A stretch of DNA of 64,000 nt. Source: Eledone cirrhosa (taxonomy: Eukaryota). The translations under genes were made by a program, and so were the position numbers. A model generated the notes under the pieces. The model saw only the letters and a list, made by a program, of their open reading frames with translations. It made no database searches and was not told where the DNA came from. The stretch covers positions 27,404,001-27,468,000 of the forward strand of contig OZ024755.1 of the NCBI GenBank assembly GCA_964016885.1. The letters run 5' to 3'. Below are positions 62,465 through 64,000 of this stretch, piece by piece; position 1 is the first letter of the stretch; each line of letters starts with the position of its first letter.

Positions 62465-62599
62465 GCGCATGAATCAGACACAAGTGTCCAGGATTTCTTA
62501 TCAATCTTCTGCTTACTTACTCGTTATTGAGACGAGAATGTTGGGAATTATTTTAAAATGCGAACAATTTTTAAACTCTAAACAAATTACTTTTATAGT

Positions 62600-62795
62600 T
62601 ACAGATTTGCGGTCGTGCCCTTGGCAGCGGAGACTCCTGGCATCCTTGGCCCTAGGGCTACCTCTCTACTCACCTCCAAGGCGCTGAGCTGGCCAGCTGC
62701 AGGTGTGATCCTCGCGAGATGGAATGGCTCTTCCAGCGCATCTCCCTTACTATCCTCCGGGGAAACGCCTTCTCCATTCTGTTCGCCGGGGCTGC
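62600..62795 (+). pseudogene. CRE-clade non-LTR retrotransposon C-terminus (restriction-like endonuclease region), frameshifted
   Basis: VPLAAETPGILGPRA... then DPREMEWLFQRISLTILRGNAFSIL, matching the P.A.ET.G..G / QR.S..IQRGNA motif. Confidence 0.8.
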
Positions 62796-62976
62796 GGGAA
62801 GGCCGGCGCGTGGGACCCCATTTGCTCACAATACAGAGAGATGGGGGAGGGCGGGAGAGATGGAGGCGATGACGGTGGGAGTTCGGTAGATCATGTGATA
62901 ATTTCATGTTACAGCTTGGAATTTTACGGTCTGTTGAACATCGTCCTTGAAACATTTTTGTTTACTTCCTTTGTCC

Positions 62977-63105
62977 TTTTACTCCACGTGTACGCTCACT
63001 TTTACTCCACGTGTACGCTCACATTTACTCCACGTGTACGCTCACTTTTACTCCACGTGTACGCTCACTTTTACTCCACGTGTACGCTCACTTTTACTCT
63101 ACATG
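62977..63105. repeat. about 5.5 x 23-bp tandem repeat TTTTACTCCACGTGTACGCTCAC
   Basis: direct repeats without spacers. Confidence 0.9.
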
Positions 63106-63408
63106 TAAGCCCACTGTAGATGAGGGGTTCTCTAACTTTATGGGTCACTGCCCCTCTCACGGCCACGTAATACCCTCAGCGCCCCCACCACTATTTCAAG
63201 AGAGAACCTGCCTACACACAAATTGTTAATAATATATAATAATTAATATCGTTAATTTATATATAATAAATGATATAATATATATTGTTATTCTTTGGGA
63301 GGGTCATGTTGCCAATAAAAACACACGCACCTGTGGGTTTTCACTTTAATTTATTATAAATTTCCGGCTGGTTGGTTGGTTCGATAACTGGAAGGTTGTT
63401 TATATATT

Positions 63409-63451
63409 GTTAAAGCTCTTTCGTCACACATTCTGTGACCTCCTCAGTGAC
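63409..63451 (-). ncRNA. hammerhead ribozyme (family F), left arm
   Basis: GTCA-CTGAGGA-g-GTCACA gaatg TGTGAC-GAAA-GAGC-TT-TAAC. Confidence 0.82.
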
Positions 63452-63584
63452 TAGATTTTTTATTTTATGTGTCTCGCCTTTGTTCTGTCCTACACTATCT
63501 TGTTTTTGTGTGATGTGTGTTGTGTGCTTAGTTTGCGCATGCGTTACATCCGGGTGTGTGTGTGACACACAAAATAAAAACCTA

Positions 63585-63627
63585 GTCACTGAGGAGTTCA
63601 CAGAATGTGTGACGAAAGAGCTTTGAC
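63585..63627 (+). ncRNA. hammerhead ribozyme (family F), right arm
   Basis: GTCA-CTGAGGA-Gt TCACA gaatg TGTGAC-GAAA-GAGC-TT-TGAC. Confidence 0.85.
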
Positions 63628-64000
63628 AATATATAAACAACTTTCCGGTTATCGAACCAACTAACCAACCGGAAATTTATAAAAAATTGAAGTAAAATCT
63701 GCGGGTGCGTGTGTTTTTATTGGCAACATGACCCTCCCAAAGTATAGCAATATCGGTTTCAACACACGTTTTCAGATAAGAGATCTTGCAAAAGAAATTC
63801 AAAAACGAATATAATATATACTATGTATAAATAAATATTATATTTATAAATCTCCACTACGGTAACCCTTCTACCTTTGTTTTGTTTTCATTTTCGTTTC
63901 TCTCAATTTTCACTTTTCTCCTATTTCTCACTCACTTCCTACCTCGAGATTTCCCATCTGCATTGTTGTGGCTTTCTAAACTACATATTTTAAATATTAT

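Overview
AT-rich, microsatellite-saturated animal genomic DNA, most likely an octopus/cephalopod (inferred from the dominant Nin/Deu-core tRNA-SINE and the extreme TA/CA/GA content). No host gene exon can be supported, and almost all listed ORFs are translations of simple repeats. The only long real ORF is a 724-aa hAT transposase (29836-32010, minus). It lies in a complete element (29510-32583) with TIRs and a perfect 8-bp TSD, but its catalytic Glu is replaced by Lys. The rest is nested TE debris: SINEs, hAT/piggyBac/mariner/pogo MITEs, and Helitron, RTE, CRE and Penelope fragments. The striking hidden feature is about 26 type I hammerhead-ribozyme motifs (roughly one per 2.5 kb, counted by eye) from around a dozen sequence families. 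They sit in short non-coding cassettes inserted almost only into (TA)n tracts, very often as head-to-head inverted pairs whose two arms share locus-private variants. I interpret this as a Penelope-like retroelement/retrozyme system targeting TA microsatellites, including non-canonical ribozyme cores.
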